From NCBI GenBank assembly GCA_965199885.1, contig CBDATT010000002.1, positions 1 to 64,000 on the forward strand: a stretch of 64,000 nt of DNA. Direction: 5' to 3'. Source of the stretch: Isosphaeraceae bacterium (GTDB lineage Bacteria; Planctomycetota; Planctomycetia; Isosphaerales; Isosphaeraceae). The notes under the pieces are model-generated. The model did not search any database. It was not told the origin of the DNA and worked only from the letters and a program-made list of their open reading frames with translations. The translations under genes were made by a program, and so were the position numbers. How positions within the stretch are numbered: position 1 is the stretch's first letter; each line of letters begins with the position of its first letter. Below are positions 62,818 through 64,000 of the stretch, one piece after another.

Positions 62818-63495
62818 ATGGCCGATCGACTGTGGGCAGTGGTGCCATTGCTGGCACTGGAGACTGCGTCCGCTCGGAGCGATACGCACCCGCGAGCTTC
62901 TGCCGGAGTTGGTCTGTTGTATTCACATCCCTTTACCTTTTCTTTTCGTTTTTCCCTTCACCTCTTCTTCGTCCCGTTCCTGAGTCTGCTGCTCGTCGAC
63001 TCATCGCCCGCTCTGGCCAAAGCGGCTGAGTTAGCCCCCCCCGCACCGCCCGTCGTTGATATTCCGCCGCCGCCGCCCGCGCCGGAAACTTTGGAGCCTG
63101 AGAACTTCAAGCCCGCGACGGCCGAAATCTTGCTGTCGCATCCCGTGGCGGTTGCCATGCAGGCCGCAGTCGTCGAGTACGTTCCCGCCGGCGACCCGTA
63201 CGGCTTTACCGCGTGGCTCAACGGCGTCCGATCCCAGTATGGCCTCGGCGCCGTGGGCGTGGACTCCAACCTCTCGAACTGGGCCGCGATGAACAACGGC
63301 CAGCAGAACGCGATGGGCATGGGACACCACGTCATGGGTCCCGCCCGCCGCCAGAACTCGGGGATGGGTGCCGCTGGCACCGTCTGGCAGATGTGGATGG
63401 CGTCACCCGCCCACCAGGCCGCCCTGCTCGATCCCTCGATCAGCATGATCGGGATCGCCGCTGGTGGCGCCTACTGGACTTTCAACGCCTACTGA
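62818..63495 (+). CDS. CAP (SCP/PR-1/YkwD-like) domain secreted protein
   Basis: Signal peptide MADRLWAVVPLLALETASA, a Pro-rich linker, and a C-terminal block VWQMWMASPAHQAALLDPSISMIGIA that resembles the CAP motif WMNSPGHRANIL...GVG. Confidence 0.4.
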   Translation: MADRLWAVVPLLALETASARSDTHPRASAGVGLLYSHPFTFSFRFSLHLFFVPFLSLLLVDSSPALAKAAELAPPAPPVVDIPPPPPAPETLEPENFKPATAEILLSHPVAVAMQAAVVEYVPAGDPYGFTAWLNGVRSQYGLGAVGVDSNLSNWAAMNNGQQNAMGMGHHVMGPARRQNSGMGAAGTVWQMWMASPAHQAALLDPSISMIGIAAGGAYWTFNAY

Positions 63496-63647
63496 GCCTG
63501 GCAGGACGGCAACCTCGGATTCACTTCCGCAACCAGGTTCCCGGTCCAGCATGCAAGCATTCAAAAGGAATCACCGGCAGCGCTCCGGTCGCGGGGCGTT
63601 GCCGGCGGAATTGTCGCCCGGAATTTCGTTGCCGACGGACACCTGGG

Positions 63648-64000
63648 TCAGAGGAACAACTCAGCGCGGATCTTGGCGATGATCGCCTGTTCGAGCTTGG
63701 TATCGCGTCCTCGGGAAATCCAGCCGCCGGGGATCTGCACGGGGCCGACGACTTCGCGGCTCCGGTTGACGGTCTGAATGTTATTGAACACAGCGCGACC
63801 CATCGACTGGCGGTCGGGCTGGAGCAGGTCTTCCAGCTCCTTGTAAACCTCGACGCGGACCGCCCACCCTTGCCCGTTCGTGGCGGGGTCAACGGTCACA
63901 AAGGCAATCCGGCGGATCGACTGCAACGAGCTTTCCAACCGCTCGTGGAAGCCGACCGAATCCCCCTCCCACGGTTCGAGCAGCGTGGCCCCGGTCTTCG
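63648..64000 (-). CDS. hypothetical protein, N-terminal end beyond window
   Basis: The minus-strand frame is open from the window edge (my translation ...KTGATLLEPWEGDSVGFHERLESSLQSIRRIAFVTVDPATNGQGW...) to the stop at 63648. No family recognised. Confidence 0.25.
   Translation of the reverse strand, partial: KTGATLLEPWEGDSVGFHERLESSLQSIRRIAFVTVDPATNGQGWAVRVEVYKELEDLLQPDRQSMGRAVFNNIQTVNRSREVVGPVQIPGGWISRGRDTKLEQAIIAKIRAELFL

Noticed and set aside
62490-63029. 179-aa plus-strand ORF spanning the AT-rich island before the CAP-domain gene
   Set aside because: The first 300 nt are about 45% GC noncoding-like sequence with homopolymer runs and the recurring ATTGCA motif. The downstream part is out of frame with the better-supported CAP-domain gene beginning at 62818.

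Overview
This 64-kb window is high-GC (about 65-68%) and is most likely part of a Planctomycetota chromosome. The evidence is a DUF1559/H-X9-DG prepilin-like protein, many prepilin-type N-terminal methylation proteins, and an ECF sigma factor paired with a Ser/Thr kinase-WD40 protein. High-GC antisense artefact ORFs are abundant. Roughly 50 genes are supportable. The main system is a 14-kb minus-strand type II secretion / type IV pilus-like operon (coordinates 1-14366). It contains a GspE/PilB-like ATPase, PilT, a second GspE/PilB-like ATPase, a GspF/PilC platform protein, and five consecutive unusually large (394-584+ aa) prepilin-type proteins. The last of these is open at the window edge and switches abruptly to about 45% GC in its C-terminal half. 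Other contents include an amidohydrolase, a flotillin-like SPFH protein, pyruvate phosphate dikinase, two divergent Uma2 endonucleases, an MBL hydrolase, an LpxH-like phosphoesterase, an SbtA-family bicarbonate transporter homologue with no SbtB partner, PBP4 (dacB), three small secreted Cys-rich proteins ending in a Tat-exported Csp-like copper-storage protein, a split MscK-like mechanosensitive channel, Lon, an S2P protease, a PhyH dioxygenase, DapF, a DUF1559 protein plus a decayed DUF1559 remnant, a CBM2-PT linker-GH18 chitinase, a bacterial SET-domain protein, a two-member paralogous hypothetical family (15246 and 54311), an ECF sigma factor with a downstream Ser/Thr kinase-WD40 protein, and a CAP-domain protein. 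Noncoding structure of note comprises a twice-occurring conserved bidirectional terminator-like hairpin with a conserved 21-nt loop, a roughly 50-nt intergenic repeat in two copies, a recurring ATTTGCAAT motif in AT-richer intergenic islands, and a Fur-box-like palindrome between a His-repeat protein gene and a Crp/Fnr regulator gene. No rRNA, tRNA, CRISPR array or obvious transposase was found.
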